64,000 bases of DNA from a virus. The notes beneath the pieces are model-generated. The model saw only the letters and a program-made list of their open reading frames with translations. It was not told the origin of the DNA and searched no databases. The DNA lies in the IMG/VR virus record IMGVR_UViG_3300009166_000001, positions 31,064-95,063 of that record; one strand, 5' to 3'. The translations under genes were made by a program, and so were the position numbers. Below are positions 45,489-54,713 of the stretch, piece by piece (position 1 is the stretch's first letter; each line of letters opens with the position of its first letter).

Positions 45489-47510
45489 CTACTCCTCTAG
45501 GTCTCCATCGTCTCCCATCAGGAAGGGCATGGGAGATCGTCCCCTATCCTGTGCGATTCCTGGCATGATGTCAACGCTTGGCTCCATCCACTCCCGCGCC
45601 GTCCCCATCCTCTTCCCTGGCAATGTCCCCGCCCGTACAAACCTTCCAGGCGGGTGCATCGTAAGATTGTAGACTACTGCCGCCACGGCATCGGCTACGT
45701 CCTTCGACAGTACCCCCTCTTTCGGATCATTCGGGTGGTCGATCTTGATCGTGTTCTGCCTCGTCACGATCCGCTTCAAGGACTTCAGTTCGTCAATCCA
45801 TGGCTTGTAGTGGTATGCCTGCACCCGCCCCTCGTAGAGTGCCACCTTGAAGGTCTCATACGCCTCTGGCGTCTTGTCCACCGATACGACTTCCGACTCG
45901 ATCCCCTTGGCTTCTAGTTGCTGGATGGTGTCGAGCGATTGGTACTGGTCGCACGTCCCCCGATAGATGGAAAAGCCATGTTCCTGGAGCATGTAGATCA
46001 GAGCACGAACTTCACCCAGGATGATCTCCTTCCCCGGCGGTGGCACAACCCGCAGCATCAGGTCGATGTAGATGACCGGGGCCTGCTCCGATACGTCCTC
46101 CCCGCTCTCCGCGTCCCGACGCACCACCTCTACCCACCTCTCGATGTGCCCCATGCAAACGCCTGTCGCGTCCGCGTTCTTCGATAGGTCCAGGTGAACG
46201 CACCGTGCATCTTCCGGGTTCACCAGTGGAATCCACCTCTTCTCCGTGTAGCCTCCCTGGACCGCCACTTCTACCTGTCGGGCCAGCGCAGGCCATCGGA
46301 AACTGTCCTTCGACATCCCCACCATGTACTCATTGCTCGTGAATGGGTGCCTCTGCTCCGTCGTCGCCTCATCGATAGCCGTGTAGTTCTGGATGTAGTA
46401 GGACGTGTCCGAGGTCGGCAGCCCCAAGATGTCCTGGATCGCCGCCTCCAGGTTCGAGTCGAACGCCTTCCGGAACTCCACCGGCACGCCATGTACGTTC
46501 GCCCCCAGCTTCCGGTACTCCTCTGCCTGCGATTCGTCCTCCAGAATCCGCGCCCTCGTCTTGCCATCCCCTACCGCAACCCAGAAGTGCCTCCCCAAGA
46601 ACCTGTCCTTCGGCTGCACGTGCCACGTCGCGTAGTCCCGCACGAATATCTTGGAGTTGTGCTTCGCCTCCTTGATCTTCTGCATCGTGAAGCTGCTGTG
46701 GTGAGCAGCCGACGAGTCGATCATCAGGAGCCCCGGCAATCTCCCGCTCCGCATGAAGCGGTTCTCCATCCTCCTACGGACGGACTCGTAGATCAGCTTC
46801 GCACGGTCCAGCATCGTCCGAAGGTCCGTAGCCGACTTCTGCGCCTTGAAGAAGTTGGCCTCGTCTATCGCTCCCCCGAACACGTCCAGGGCCATACCTG
46901 CATTCGAGGATGTGGACCCCGCAATGAACCCTATCCCCTTCGGGAACCATGCCTGCGTCTTGATGACTCGCGGTGGAAAGTTGTCCTGGAAGTACGGGCT
47001 CGCCCGTAGCATGTCCGTGACCTTTGCGTAGACACCCTTCTGCGCTAACTGGATCGTGGGTCCCACGAAGGTCAGGTAGATTTGCGAGATCGGGTCCAGC
47101 CCGAAGCTCCGCTGCGGATCCCGCAGACACGACAACTCGTAGGTCACGTAGCACAAGGCCGCGGCCGCGAAGTAGCTCTTCCCCCATCCAAAACTACCAG
47201 TTAGAATTGCTTCCTCATATCCGCCCTCGTGAAGCTCCACTAGGTCATCCATCAGCTTCGGCCAGAGCGTCAGCCGTCCAAGGTAGTAGGGATTGGTATA
47301 GAACTCCCCCGGCGATACTGGCTTCTGCTCGTACTCTAGCTCCGTGATTGCCCGAAGCACTGGATTCGCATCGCAGGACTCGTCTGCCAGGAGCGAATGG
47401 AGCGCAAACCTTTCCTCGTCACTTAGGGCATTGATCTGGCTCTCCAGGCTCACGTCCTGCTCGTCCGGAGTCAGGGCCGTCCGGTAACGTCCATTCTCGA
47501 CAATGAGCAT
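45489..47510 (-). CDS. terL: Terminase large subunit
   Basis: Walker A ILTGSFGWGKS, Walker B GAIDE, RNase H-like VHLDLSKNADATG, DQYQS, IDHP...SKDVADA. Confidence 0.93.
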   Translation of the reverse strand: MLIVENGRYRTALTPDEQDVSLESQINALSDEERFALHSLLADESCDANPVLRAITELEYEQKPVSPGEFYTNPYYLGRLTLWPKLMDDLVELHEGGYEEAILTGSFGWGKSYFAAAALCYVTYELSCLRDPQRSFGLDPISQIYLTFVGPTIQLAQKGVYAKVTDMLRASPYFQDNFPPRVIKTQAWFPKGIGFIAGSTSSNAGMALDVFGGAIDEANFFKAQKSATDLRTMLDRAKLIYESVRRRMENRFMRSGRLPGLLMIDSSAAHHSSFTMQKIKEAKHNSKIFVRDYATWHVQPKDRFLGRHFWVAVGDGKTRARILEDESQAEEYRKLGANVHGVPVEFRKAFDSNLEAAIQDILGLPTSDTSYYIQNYTAIDEATTEQRHPFTSNEYMVGMSKDSFRWPALARQVEVAVQGGYTEKRWIPLVNPEDARCVHLDLSKNADATGVCMGHIERWVEVVRRDAESGEDVSEQAPVIYIDLMLRVVPPPGKEIILGEVRALIYMLQEHGFSIYRGTCDQYQSLDTIQQLEAKGIESEVVSVDKTPEAYETFKVALYEGRVQAYHYKPWIDELKSLKRIVTRQNTIKIDHPNDPKEGVLSKDVADAVAAVVYNLTMHPPGRFVRAGTLPGKRMGTAREWMEPSVDIMPGIAQDRGRSPMPFLMGDDGDLEE

Positions 47511-48152
47511 CTATCCAGCCTGCACTTCCCGGTGCTCCCCATCGACTACCGGGAGTGCCTTCACCTTCATGGCTTGCTCGAAGATTGCCAGGATCTTGCG
47601 CCGCCGTTCCGGGTCCTTCAGCACCTCTGCCGTCGCTGTCCCGTACCTCTCCTCTGCCACCATCACCGCTTCGGCCTGGAGCTTCAAGGTTCCAAGGTGC
47701 CTCTCGTCCAGCCCCGTGTCCATCCGTACTTGATGGATCCGATCCAGAAGCCCTCTCACCGCGTCGAACTCGCGTGAGATATTCGGCTTCATCGTTCCGC
47801 TATCCTCTTCCTCCTCCACGAACCTCTCGATGCGGGCCTTCTGAATCCGGAACATGCCCTCCAGTTCCTTCAAGACGTTGACCGAATCCGACACCTGACG
47901 GGCCAGTTCGAGGTATCGCTTCGGCTCTCTCTTGGCGATCTCCTCGGCTGGTACACCGTCCCTCTTGTATATCTCCAGGACTTTCACCAGGGATGCCCTG
48001 GTCACGTCCACGTACTCCCGCGCCTCCTTCTGGATGTAGTCCGCGATCTGGGGCAGCGAGTAGCCGTCCTTGATCATCTGGGTCACGATGGGAAAGCATT
48101 GCAGGGATCGAAGCCGCGTCGAGCGATTGGCAATGGATGGACGTAGACCCAC
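47511..48152 (-). CDS. Probable terminase small subunit
   Basis: 213 aa, N-terminal HTH-like (GYSLPQIADYIQ) plus helices; directly upstream of terL. Confidence 0.65.
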   Translation of the reverse strand: MGLRPSIANRSTRLRSLQCFPIVTQMIKDGYSLPQIADYIQKEAREYVDVTRASLVKVLEIYKRDGVPAEEIAKREPKRYLELARQVSDSVNVLKELEGMFRIQKARIERFVEEEEDSGTMKPNISREFDAVRGLLDRIHQVRMDTGLDERHLGTLKLQAEAVMVAEERYGTATAEVLKDPERRRKILAIFEQAMKVKALPVVDGEHREVQAG

Positions 48153-48188
48153 GAGTCAAATTATTGACTCGCTCCCCGTTTTTGTCAA
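48152..48188 (-). promoter_or_regulatory. Packaging-operon promoter overlapped by a palindrome
   Basis: TTGACA(48188-83)-17bp-AATAAT; inverted repeat CGAGTCAA-ATTA-TTGACTCG at 48152-48171. Confidence 0.65.
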
Positions 48189-48725
48189 TTACGGGGCCTT
48201 CTTCCTCCATCGGCCCTTCTCGTCCCTGGGCCAGTCCTTCATCTCGTCAATCATGAATGCCCTGGCATGAAGTTTGTACGTTTCCTTGTGCCACCCACCT
48301 GCCGTCGTGTATGGCTCCGGAGCCATATGGCATCTGTTCTGCGGACCCTTCCGGATCCACTCAGGATCGATGCAGCGTCCACCCCTGGACACCCTTACGT
48401 ACCCATCCAGCGGAACGTGGACCGGCTTCTCGGTCGGCCAGAACGCCACCAGGAGGCACTTCTTCACTCCTGTCGTTCTCCACTCGTCAGGCTCCGGCTC
48501 GTGGTAGCCGTCTATACCGTTGTACCCATTCGATCCAGGCTTCACGTACCCCTCCTGGACCGTCCTGAACCCGACCACCCACCCCGTCCTGGGCTCGATC
48601 TCCTTCTGCTCCCACCAGAACTTATTCACCGTGGAAGTCTTGGAGACATAGCCCTTCTGCCTCTCCAGTACCTTGCTGACGAGGACCTTCGTCCCCATCA
48701 GCTTGACCATCTCCACGTGCTTCAT
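48189..48725 (-). CDS. Hypothetical protein
   Basis: Start moved to ATG 48725; ends in PRDEKGRW motif. Confidence 0.65.
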   Translation of the reverse strand: MKHVEMVKLMGTKVLVSKVLERQKGYVSKTSTVNKFWWEQKEIEPRTGWVVGFRTVQEGYVKPGSNGYNGIDGYHEPEPDEWRTTGVKKCLLVAFWPTEKPVHVPLDGYVRVSRGGRCIDPEWIRKGPQNRCHMAPEPYTTAGGWHKETYKLHARAFMIDEMKDWPRDEKGRWRKKAP

Positions 48726-48976
48726 GGCTTCTCTCCCACGATCCTGACTCGACATCCTTTGCAGATATCGAGGCGTTCATCCCGGAAGACCTCCTCATGT
48801 CCCCATGGCCTCTGGACCCGCATCCTATTCGAACGCAGTATGGGCTGCCCTGGGTGCAGCGTACACATCGGGAGACCGACTTCCATCGGCACGACATCGA
48901 ACCAGCACTTCCGGCCATCCTTGAACTCACAGAACTCGGGATCCAAGTCCAGCAAGATACTCCAGGCTTCTTTCAT
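48722..48976 (-). CDS. Hypothetical Cys-rich protein
   Basis: 84 aa, ATGA overlaps on both sides. Confidence 0.6.
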   Translation of the reverse strand: MKEAWSILLDLDPEFCEFKDGRKCWFDVVPMEVGLPMCTLHPGQPILRSNRMRVQRPWGHEEVFRDERLDICKGCRVRIVGEKP

Positions 48977-49350
48977 GGCTCATTTCCCCTTTTCGTTCCC
49001 AGCTTTCCGATGGTGCCCATCAACTCACCGAACAACTCACTGAATGGCTTGTGCTTCTCCGCTTGGGCCTTCTCCCATCTCCAGGCTGGCCTCTTCTCTC
49101 CTACCATCATGCTTAGGTTCTCGATGAAGCATTCCCCATGAACCCTCCACGTCTCCATCCCCGGACCTTCCAATCCTGCCGTGACGTACTCGACATAGTG
49201 AGTCCCCTTCTCGATTGCCTCGTCACAGGCATGGCACTCATGACGCTTCCGGGCCTTCCTGATCTTGCGGTGGAAAATCCAGTTCTCCCCTGCCCACATT
49301 CCGTCGTGGTCCTCGATGATGTCCCGGCGGATATCGACAGGATCGTTCAC
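48973..49350 (-). CDS. Hypothetical zinc-binding protein
   Basis: RKARKRHECHACDEAIEKG..Y...HGEC; start moved to GTG 49350. Confidence 0.65.
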   Translation of the reverse strand: MNDPVDIRRDIIEDHDGMWAGENWIFHRKIRKARKRHECHACDEAIEKGTHYVEYVTAGLEGPGMETWRVHGECFIENLSMMVGEKRPAWRWEKAQAEKHKPFSELFGELMGTIGKLGTKRGNEP

Positions 49351-49625
49351 TGTGACGCCACTTCCACCAACTCGCGCCCAAAACAGTCCATCACCATTTC
49401 CGCGAACTCGATCCCGCTCACGTACCACGACAGCCCCATGCCCCACTGCCCGTCATCGTCGAACGCGGCCACAATGCCCCACCCCTGCGCCTCTGCCATG
49501 CTACGGGTCACGGCCTCTGGTACTCCCTCGCGCACGATGACCACACCTACCCCACTACGGGGATCGTGCCCCATAGTTATCTCCCATGCCGTCGCTACCG
49601 CTCGTTTCATCTGATTTCTCGTCAT
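49347..49625 (-). CDS. Hypothetical protein
   Basis: Start moved to ATG 49625 (ATGA overlap). Confidence 0.55.
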   Translation of the reverse strand: MTRNQMKRAVATAWEITMGHDPRSGVGVVIVREGVPEAVTRSMAEAQGWGIVAAFDDDGQWGMGLSWYVSGIEFAEMVMDCFGRELVEVASQ

Positions 49626-50047
49626 GACTTGGGCTTCCACTTTGATTGTTTCAACGTACACGGATTCAGAAAGTAGTCGCAGTCGCCATCCTCCTTGACA
49701 TTTCCGCAGTTGGAGCAGGATTCCACATCCGTCATGGGATGAAGGGTATCTTGCATCTCAGGACATGATGCAGTCCCATCGAGCACCTGTGAGGCAAACT
49801 GCGCCGTGACCGGATCTTCTATACAGGTGTCTGCAATATGCATCAGGGCAGCCCTAAGCCTTACCACCTCCCGACACATCTTTTCCCGGTCCCTCACCAC
49901 GGACAGTGCAAGCCCGTGGATATCCATTCTGGACATCAGTTCTCCGCTCCGGAGAATCATCTTCTGCATCTCTTCGCAGTCACGGACATAGGAGTCCATG
50001 CGTCCCTTCCACCATGCAGGGGATTCTGAAATGTGTCTCCTTCTCAT
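49622..50047 (-). CDS. Hypothetical protein
   Basis: Start moved to ATG 50047; C-terminal CSNC...C...C. Confidence 0.55.
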   Translation of the reverse strand: MRRRHISESPAWWKGRMDSYVRDCEEMQKMILRSGELMSRMDIHGLALSVVRDREKMCREVVRLRAALMHIADTCIEDPVTAQFASQVLDGTASCPEMQDTLHPMTDVESCSNCGNVKEDGDCDYFLNPCTLKQSKWKPKS

Positions 50048-50049
50048 CG

Positions 50050-50247
50050 TCAGTCTCTCGCCAGCGACAGATCCTTGACCGTCGCCATTCCGCACTCCAC
50101 GAACAACTGCGGATCTTGCATCTCGTCCAGGAACTTCTGGGCGTTCGCCTCCTCCCTGAAGGTAGCCACCCGCCACCACCTCCCGTCTGCCAGATGCCTG
50201 CGACGGTAGACCACGAACACTACCTCATGTCCTGCCGCGTCCTTCAT
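50050..50247 (-). CDS. Hypothetical protein
   Basis: 65 aa tiling ORF, AAGGAG RBS. Confidence 0.55.
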   Translation of the reverse strand: MKDAAGHEVVFVVYRRRHLADGRWWRVATFREEANAQKFLDEMQDPQLFVECGMATVKDLSLARD

Positions 50248-50582
50248 CTTCGTGCTCCTTCATCCAGACTCGACCAGTATTCCTCTGCCCCTCTCTGCGC
50301 CTCTACCTCTTCCAGCGCCACGCAATCCCAGCACGTTTCCATCGCAAGGTATTCTCCATGCGAAGGACACGTCCGGATCTCCGCTCCCTTGTAGGCTGGA
50401 CACGATGGACCGCACTTGTGATCGTCAGCTTCCATGACCTTGACGATCTCAGAGTCGTCGCCGTCCCACGCGCAATCCTCGAACGTCTCTGGCCAGTTCA
50501 TGCCAGAGCCCAGCGGTGCCTGATTCTCCTGCCACGTGCAGTAGAACTGGCAAGGGATCTCCTCTGGCTTGAACTTCCTCAT
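50244..50582 (-). CDS. Hypothetical Cys-rich protein
   Basis: Start moved to ATG 50582. Confidence 0.6.
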   Translation of the reverse strand: MRKFKPEEIPCQFYCTWQENQAPLGSGMNWPETFEDCAWDGDDSEIVKVMEADDHKCGPSCPAYKGAEIRTCPSHGEYLAMETCWDCVALEEVEAQRGAEEYWSSLDEGARR

Positions 50583-50584
50583 GA

Positions 50585-51106
50585 CTACTCCCCGGAAGGC
50601 AGGCACGCCTTCTTCATCACGGCCAGCCTCTTCTTCAGGTCTCCCTTCGGGTTCACGATCAGGCGAGCCGCCCGCGTTGACTCGACCATGGCCGCTTCCA
50701 CGTGCGACCGCTCGATCTTGCCGTCGAGTAGCATCCCCTCCAGAACCTTCTCGTCCATCGTGTAGACCACTTCAGCCTTGATGATCCCCTTCTCCATCAG
50801 GTCTGCGGTCCCGCACGCCTCCCGCAGCTTCTCGATGTCCACGACCTGCTCCGGCTCCGGCACGTCGAAGATGATCTTGACGCTCGGGGTCTCGAACTCC
50901 CTCTGGCCGCCCATCTCCGTCCGGATGGTGCCGTTCATCTGCTTCTTCGCATCGGCTACGATCTTCTCGATCTGGCTGATGACCGCGTAGGAGATCCCCT
51001 TGTCGCTCATCGTCAGGGCCTCGTAGTTGGAGAGAAGCGACTTCAGGACGTTTCCCTGCCCGTCCAGTACCTTCTCCATCTCGCCGCTGATCTTCTCGTT
51101 CTCCAT
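50585..51106 (-). CDS. Hypothetical protein
   Basis: Start moved to ATG 51106 (AGGAGG RBS). Confidence 0.65.
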   Translation of the reverse strand: MENEKISGEMEKVLDGQGNVLKSLLSNYEALTMSDKGISYAVISQIEKIVADAKKQMNGTIRTEMGGQREFETPSVKIIFDVPEPEQVVDIEKLREACGTADLMEKGIIKAEVVYTMDEKVLEGMLLDGKIERSHVEAAMVESTRAARLIVNPKGDLKKRLAVMKKACLPSGE

Positions 51107-51144
51107 AGCACCCTCCTGTGCTTCAACTCGTGAAGCGTTATCGG

Positions 51145-51705
51145 TTACTCCCTGGGTCCGTGTAGGTCGCACTGGAGCAGTCCTGGCAGATCGCAGTTGC
51201 ACTCCAGTCCGTACCGATTCGGCGGCTCCTGCTCGCTCTCTGGGGCGATCTCCACCGCCGCCTTCCTGCTCGCCTCGATCTCTGCCAGCCGCGTCTTCGT
51301 CCGCTCGATCTGGGCATCGAGCAGATCCGCCATGCCGTTGTCCTCGCACACCAGACTCTCCCGCAGAGCGTAGTTCCGGCGAAGCATCTTCTCCTCTTCC
51401 GCCTGTACCCGGCGAAGCACGGTCGCCTCGTCCGTGCCCTTGTTCTCGATCAGCTTCGGGCGGGTGAACACCACGAACTCGGTTCCCGCCGCGTAGGTGG
51501 ACGGCTTGCGGCACTTCACCGTTGCCTCGATGACCACCCGGTCATCGTAGCGGAGCTTCCAGGCGAAGCTGGCGTTCGTCTTCGCCCAGTACGTGTTGCC
51601 GTCGTCCCCGATGATCGTGACCTTCAGGACGCGCCCGTAAGGAGGATTCGCCTCCTCCTTGACCGTCCTGATTACTCCCTCGAACCTTATCTTCTGGTTG
51701 TCCAT
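51145..51705 (-). CDS. OB-fold-like hypothetical protein with coiled coil
   Basis: 186 aa; own promoter and ACGGAGGCAA RBS. Confidence 0.7.
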   Translation of the reverse strand: MDNQKIRFEGVIRTVKEEANPPYGRVLKVTIIGDDGNTYWAKTNASFAWKLRYDDRVVIEATVKCRKPSTYAAGTEFVVFTRPKLIENKGTDEATVLRRVQAEEEKMLRRNYALRESLVCEDNGMADLLDAQIERTKTRLAEIEASRKAAVEIAPESEQEPPNRYGLECNCDLPGLLQCDLHGPRE

Positions 51706-51726
51706 GGCTTGCCTCCGTCACTACTG

Positions 51727-51754
51727 AATATAACAAGCCTGCGGAATTTGTCAA
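51727..51754 (-). promoter_or_regulatory. Early-type sigma70 promoter
   Basis: TTGACA-16bp-TATATT. Confidence 0.85.
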
Positions 51755-51763
51755 GGGGTCAAG

Positions 51764-51777
51764 TGCAATTGGTTGCA
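51764..51777. repeat. Dispersed 14-bp motif, copy 10 (variant TGCAATTGGTTGCA)
   Basis: One mismatch; 9 bp upstream of -35; followed by two more GGTTGCA at 19-bp spacing. Confidence 0.8.
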
Positions 51778-51818
51778 AAATCCAGGTCCGGTTGCATCTC
51801 CAGTGATCGGTTGCAGAA

Positions 51819-51995
51819 TCAGGGCAGATAGGTGATCTCGACTACCAGCCGTCCGTTCTCCCCCATGTAAACCCCCATAATTTCAAGGAAATCGTCCCGG
51901 TTCACCTCGGTATAGTACCGATTCCTCTCCGTCGCATTCACTTGCCCAGACACGTAGGCGTCCTCCAGGAAGGCCAGGAACTCGTCCCTGGTCAC
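51819..51995 (-). CDS. Small hypothetical protein; not in the ORF track
   Basis: GTGA overlap; MTRDEFLAFLEDAYVSG...VVEITYLP (58 aa). Confidence 0.55.
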   Translation of the reverse strand: MTRDEFLAFLEDAYVSGQVNATERNRYYTEVNRDDFLEIMGVYMGENGRLVVEITYLP

Positions 51996-52630
51996 TCAGG
52001 CACCTTGAATAGCCCCCTCTGGACGTACCTACGGCCTTCCCCGTCCACGGTATGCTGCTCCCGTGCCTCCTCTAGCGTCCCCTTCTTCGACGCCCCTGCG
52101 AGCGTCGTAGACGGTCCTGTGGCCTTCAATGGCCCCTTGTCCTGCTCCTGGATCTTCAGGTCCAGCTTGATGTCCTTCAGGTTTCCTTCCATCGCCCGCC
52201 GGATCTGGTCCTCGATGCTCCCCTTCACGGAGAAAAGTCCCAACTGCCCCTTCAGCGGCACCTCCCGCTTCAGCGCCTTCACGTCGTCCAGCACCCATCC
52301 CCACTCGTCCACGCTGAAGCCCAGTTCCTTGTCGTGGTACTCGGACTTGTCGATGGACACGAGGTTCGCTACCGCCAGCACCACTCCCCGCCGCGGGTAG
52401 ACGAGGTATCGCTTCATGGTCTCCAACTGCTCGTCCCCCACATGCCGATTCAGCTTCCACGGCATGTCGAGCCTCTTGGTGAGGTACAAGATCGCGGCCT
52501 TGTCCACCGACATCCCTGCGTGGATCGCCACTGGACCCCGGTAATCCACCTTCCAGGTCCGGAACTCGACCCTCTTGAAGCCCAGCACGATCAGGTCAGA
52601 CCAGGGGGGCCGAATCGTCAGGCACTTCAC
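51992..52630 (-). CDS. ASCH domain protein
   Basis: CLTIRPPWSDLIVLGFKRVEFRTW..DYRGPVAIHAG...GWVL...KGQLGLF. Confidence 0.9.
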   Translation of the reverse strand: MKCLTIRPPWSDLIVLGFKRVEFRTWKVDYRGPVAIHAGMSVDKAAILYLTKRLDMPWKLNRHVGDEQLETMKRYLVYPRRGVVLAVANLVSIDKSEYHDKELGFSVDEWGWVLDDVKALKREVPLKGQLGLFSVKGSIEDQIRRAMEGNLKDIKLDLKIQEQDKGPLKATGPSTTLAGASKKGTLEEAREQHTVDGEGRRYVQRGLFKVPE

Positions 52631-53049
52631 GCCGACAGCCTTTCCTTGACCCGGTAGAGGATGACCGCCATGACCGCAGAGTCATGCTCGTTCATCTTCA
52701 GCTTCTCCTCCAGGTATGAGGGATGGATGTCCCCGTAGTCCCGCACGATGGCCGTCCCGGACTTCCAGTACGGGTCCATGGCGATCAGCCACGAACCGTC
52801 CTGGCATCCGAAGAGGTCCTCCGCACCGGAGAGGTTCGTCAGGACGAAGCGGTACTCCGTCCCATTGCCCGGCGCGGCCCTGACGGCGATCACGTCCCGG
52901 TGGTCGCCGGTGTTGCCCGACGTGAGGGGCCTCACGTCGAAGGGCTTCCACTCGCTGACCGGACGCATCACCATGTCCATGTCATGCTTCCCCACGATCT
53001 TCTCGTAGGTCTTCCGGATGTAGTCCAGTGCGTTTTCCATTGGCTTCAC
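52627..53049 (-). CDS. Hypothetical protein
   Basis: 140 aa behind its own promoter. Confidence 0.65.
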   Translation of the reverse strand: MKPMENALDYIRKTYEKIVGKHDMDMVMRPVSEWKPFDVRPLTSGNTGDHRDVIAVRAAPGNGTEYRFVLTNLSGAEDLFGCQDGSWLIAMDPYWKSGTAIVRDYGDIHPSYLEEKLKMNEHDSAVMAVILYRVKERLSA

Positions 53050-53060
53050 CTTCCCCGCTA

Positions 53061-53088
53061 TCTATAACAAGGGACCGGATTTTGTCAA
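53061..53088 (-). promoter_or_regulatory. Early-type promoter with palindromic -35 region
   Basis: TTGACA-16bp-TATAGA; palindrome TTTGTCAAG-TG-CTTGACAAA at 53081-53100. Confidence 0.75.
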
Positions 53089-53127
53089 GTGCTTGACAAA
53101 CGAATCAAGCAGGCCCCTTCTGACAAG

Positions 53128-53304
53128 TCAGTCGTCAAGTGCTCCACCTCGGTACTCGTCCCGACGCATCGGAATCTCCTTCTTCCAGTCCTCTCTCGGT
53201 CGGATCTTCCAGAAGTAGATCGTCCACGCGAGTACCAGAATCGCCATCAGCCCCCCACAGTAGATCAAGGACTGGACCATGAGTTTAAGGAACAAATGAT
53301 CCAT
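53128..53304 (-). CDS. Small single-TM protein after the endolysin (holin candidate); not in the ORF track
   Basis: MDHLFLKLMVQSLIYCGGLMAILVLAWTIYFWKIRPRE... (58 aa). Confidence 0.55.
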   Translation of the reverse strand: MDHLFLKLMVQSLIYCGGLMAILVLAWTIYFWKIRPREDWKKEIPMRRDEYRGGALDD

Positions 53305-53307
53305 CGG

Positions 53308-54498
53308 CTACCGATCCGGGATCAAGTCATACTGCCGGAGCATGTCCGTGAGCTTCTGTGCGGTGGGCTTGTCCACGATGCCGGTGTCTGCAATCAATTG
53401 CACCGGCTTGTCATTCACCATCTTGACCCATCGCCTCTGGAACATCTTCAGGGTCCACACGAACTCGACCGTGCTCCCCGCCGTGAACGCTGGATTCCAG
53501 ACGAAGGGGTAGTAACCCAACTGGTACAGGGCCTTCTTCGCCTCCACGATGTCCCCTACCGTGATCACCCCGTCCGCTCCGTAAGGCTGCTCCTCCTGAA
53601 GCTCGATGTCGCCACCGTCCCGCGCCCACACGTCCATCGGGTCGGTATCCTCTACGACAACCTCTTCCATGTACTCGTCGTTGCGCTCCCAGAACTTCGG
53701 ATCCGACTTGTAGGACATCAGCCAGTCCATGCGCCGAACGTCCTCCCTGTCGAAGAACACGGCCTCCCGTGTCATCTGGAGGGGGAAGTGAGGGAAGGGG
53801 TCCGTCCGGTTCGAGGTCACATGCAGGTGGCCCAGGTACTTCATCGGCTCTATCGGGTAGATGTTCTTCAGCCAGCGGCACAGCATGATGACCGCCGTTA
53901 CCTGCTCCTGCGTGAACGGCTCGTACCAGCCCATGTTCCGCATCTTGATCGGGTCGCGGCCAACGTAGGGTGTCGGATTGTTCTTGTCCCCCCACCCGAA
54001 CTTCCCGCCTCCCATGTCGATCAGCCTGCCGAGATTTCGAAGCTCCAGACCCGTGCAGAATCCGTTCAGGGCGTTGCCGTGGTAGAACGCCTTGTCCAGC
54101 CCCCAACACCACACGTCGCAGGGCAGGTAGTTGAACACCGTGTAATTCTTCCGCAGATCCTCGAACTGCGGCACGAACGAGTCCCATGCGATGAAGTGAA
54201 TCCCCGGCGTCCCACTGTTGCGAGCGAACCTCTGGAACAAGGTCGGGATCCTTCCCAGAGGACGGTCCTTCGATACGGCCATGTTCGATGCCGTGAAGTG
54301 AGTACACCATCCTGTCGGGTAGCCAGCGTCCCATTCCTTCCAGTTCCGCTTGCCCTTGGCGTCCCACAGGATATTCAATCTCTTGGCAACTGCCTGCGTA
54401 TAGTCGATCAGTTCTTCGAACATCCTCCTCGAAGGCTGATCCTGCACGAATCCTTGTGGACCCTGCGGAACATAGAATTGTGGATGAATCGCCATCAT
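53308..54498 (-). CDS. N-acetylmuramoyl-L-alanine amidase (endolysin) with C-terminal peptidoglycan-binding domain
   Basis: THFTAS, IHF, AFYHGNALNGFCTGLE, FTQEQV, LGH...RTDP; LYQLGY...MFQRR...TGIVDKPT. Confidence 0.85.
   Translation of the reverse strand: MMAIHPQFYVPQGPQGFVQDQPSRRMFEELIDYTQAVAKRLNILWDAKGKRNWKEWDAGYPTGWCTHFTASNMAVSKDRPLGRIPTLFQRFARNSGTPGIHFIAWDSFVPQFEDLRKNYTVFNYLPCDVWCWGLDKAFYHGNALNGFCTGLELRNLGRLIDMGGGKFGWGDKNNPTPYVGRDPIKMRNMGWYEPFTQEQVTAVIMLCRWLKNIYPIEPMKYLGHLHVTSNRTDPFPHFPLQMTREAVFFDREDVRRMDWLMSYKSDPKFWERNDEYMEEVVVEDTDPMDVWARDGGDIELQEEQPYGADGVITVGDIVEAKKALYQLGYYPFVWNPAFTAGSTVEFVWTLKMFQRRWVKMVNDKPVQLIADTGIVDKPTAQKLTDMLRQYDLIPDR
53389..53402. repeat. Dispersed 14-bp motif, copy 11
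   Basis: Exact; inside the endolysin gene (VQLIA). Confidence 0.9.
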
Positions 54499-54713
54499 CA
54501 ACCTTCCTTCGGTACTACCGACAAGTCGTAGACCATCACGTTCTTGTCGAACGTGTAGCTCGCTTCGTCCAGCCGATACCACTCCAGCTTCCGCCGAACC
54601 ATAAGTCCTACCGGAAGCACAAAATCCATTTCCCGTTCCTCACTGATATCGTGACGTTGCGGCTCCCCGTCGCTCCCTGTCCTGACATCGTGAAAGATGA
54701 AGATCGACTTCAT
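54498..54713 (-). CDS. Hypothetical protein
   Basis: Start moved to ATG 54713; coupled on both sides. Confidence 0.55.
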   Translation of the reverse strand: MKSIFIFHDVRTGSDGEPQRHDISEEREMDFVLPVGLMVRRKLEWYRLDEASYTFDKNVMVYDLSVVPKEG

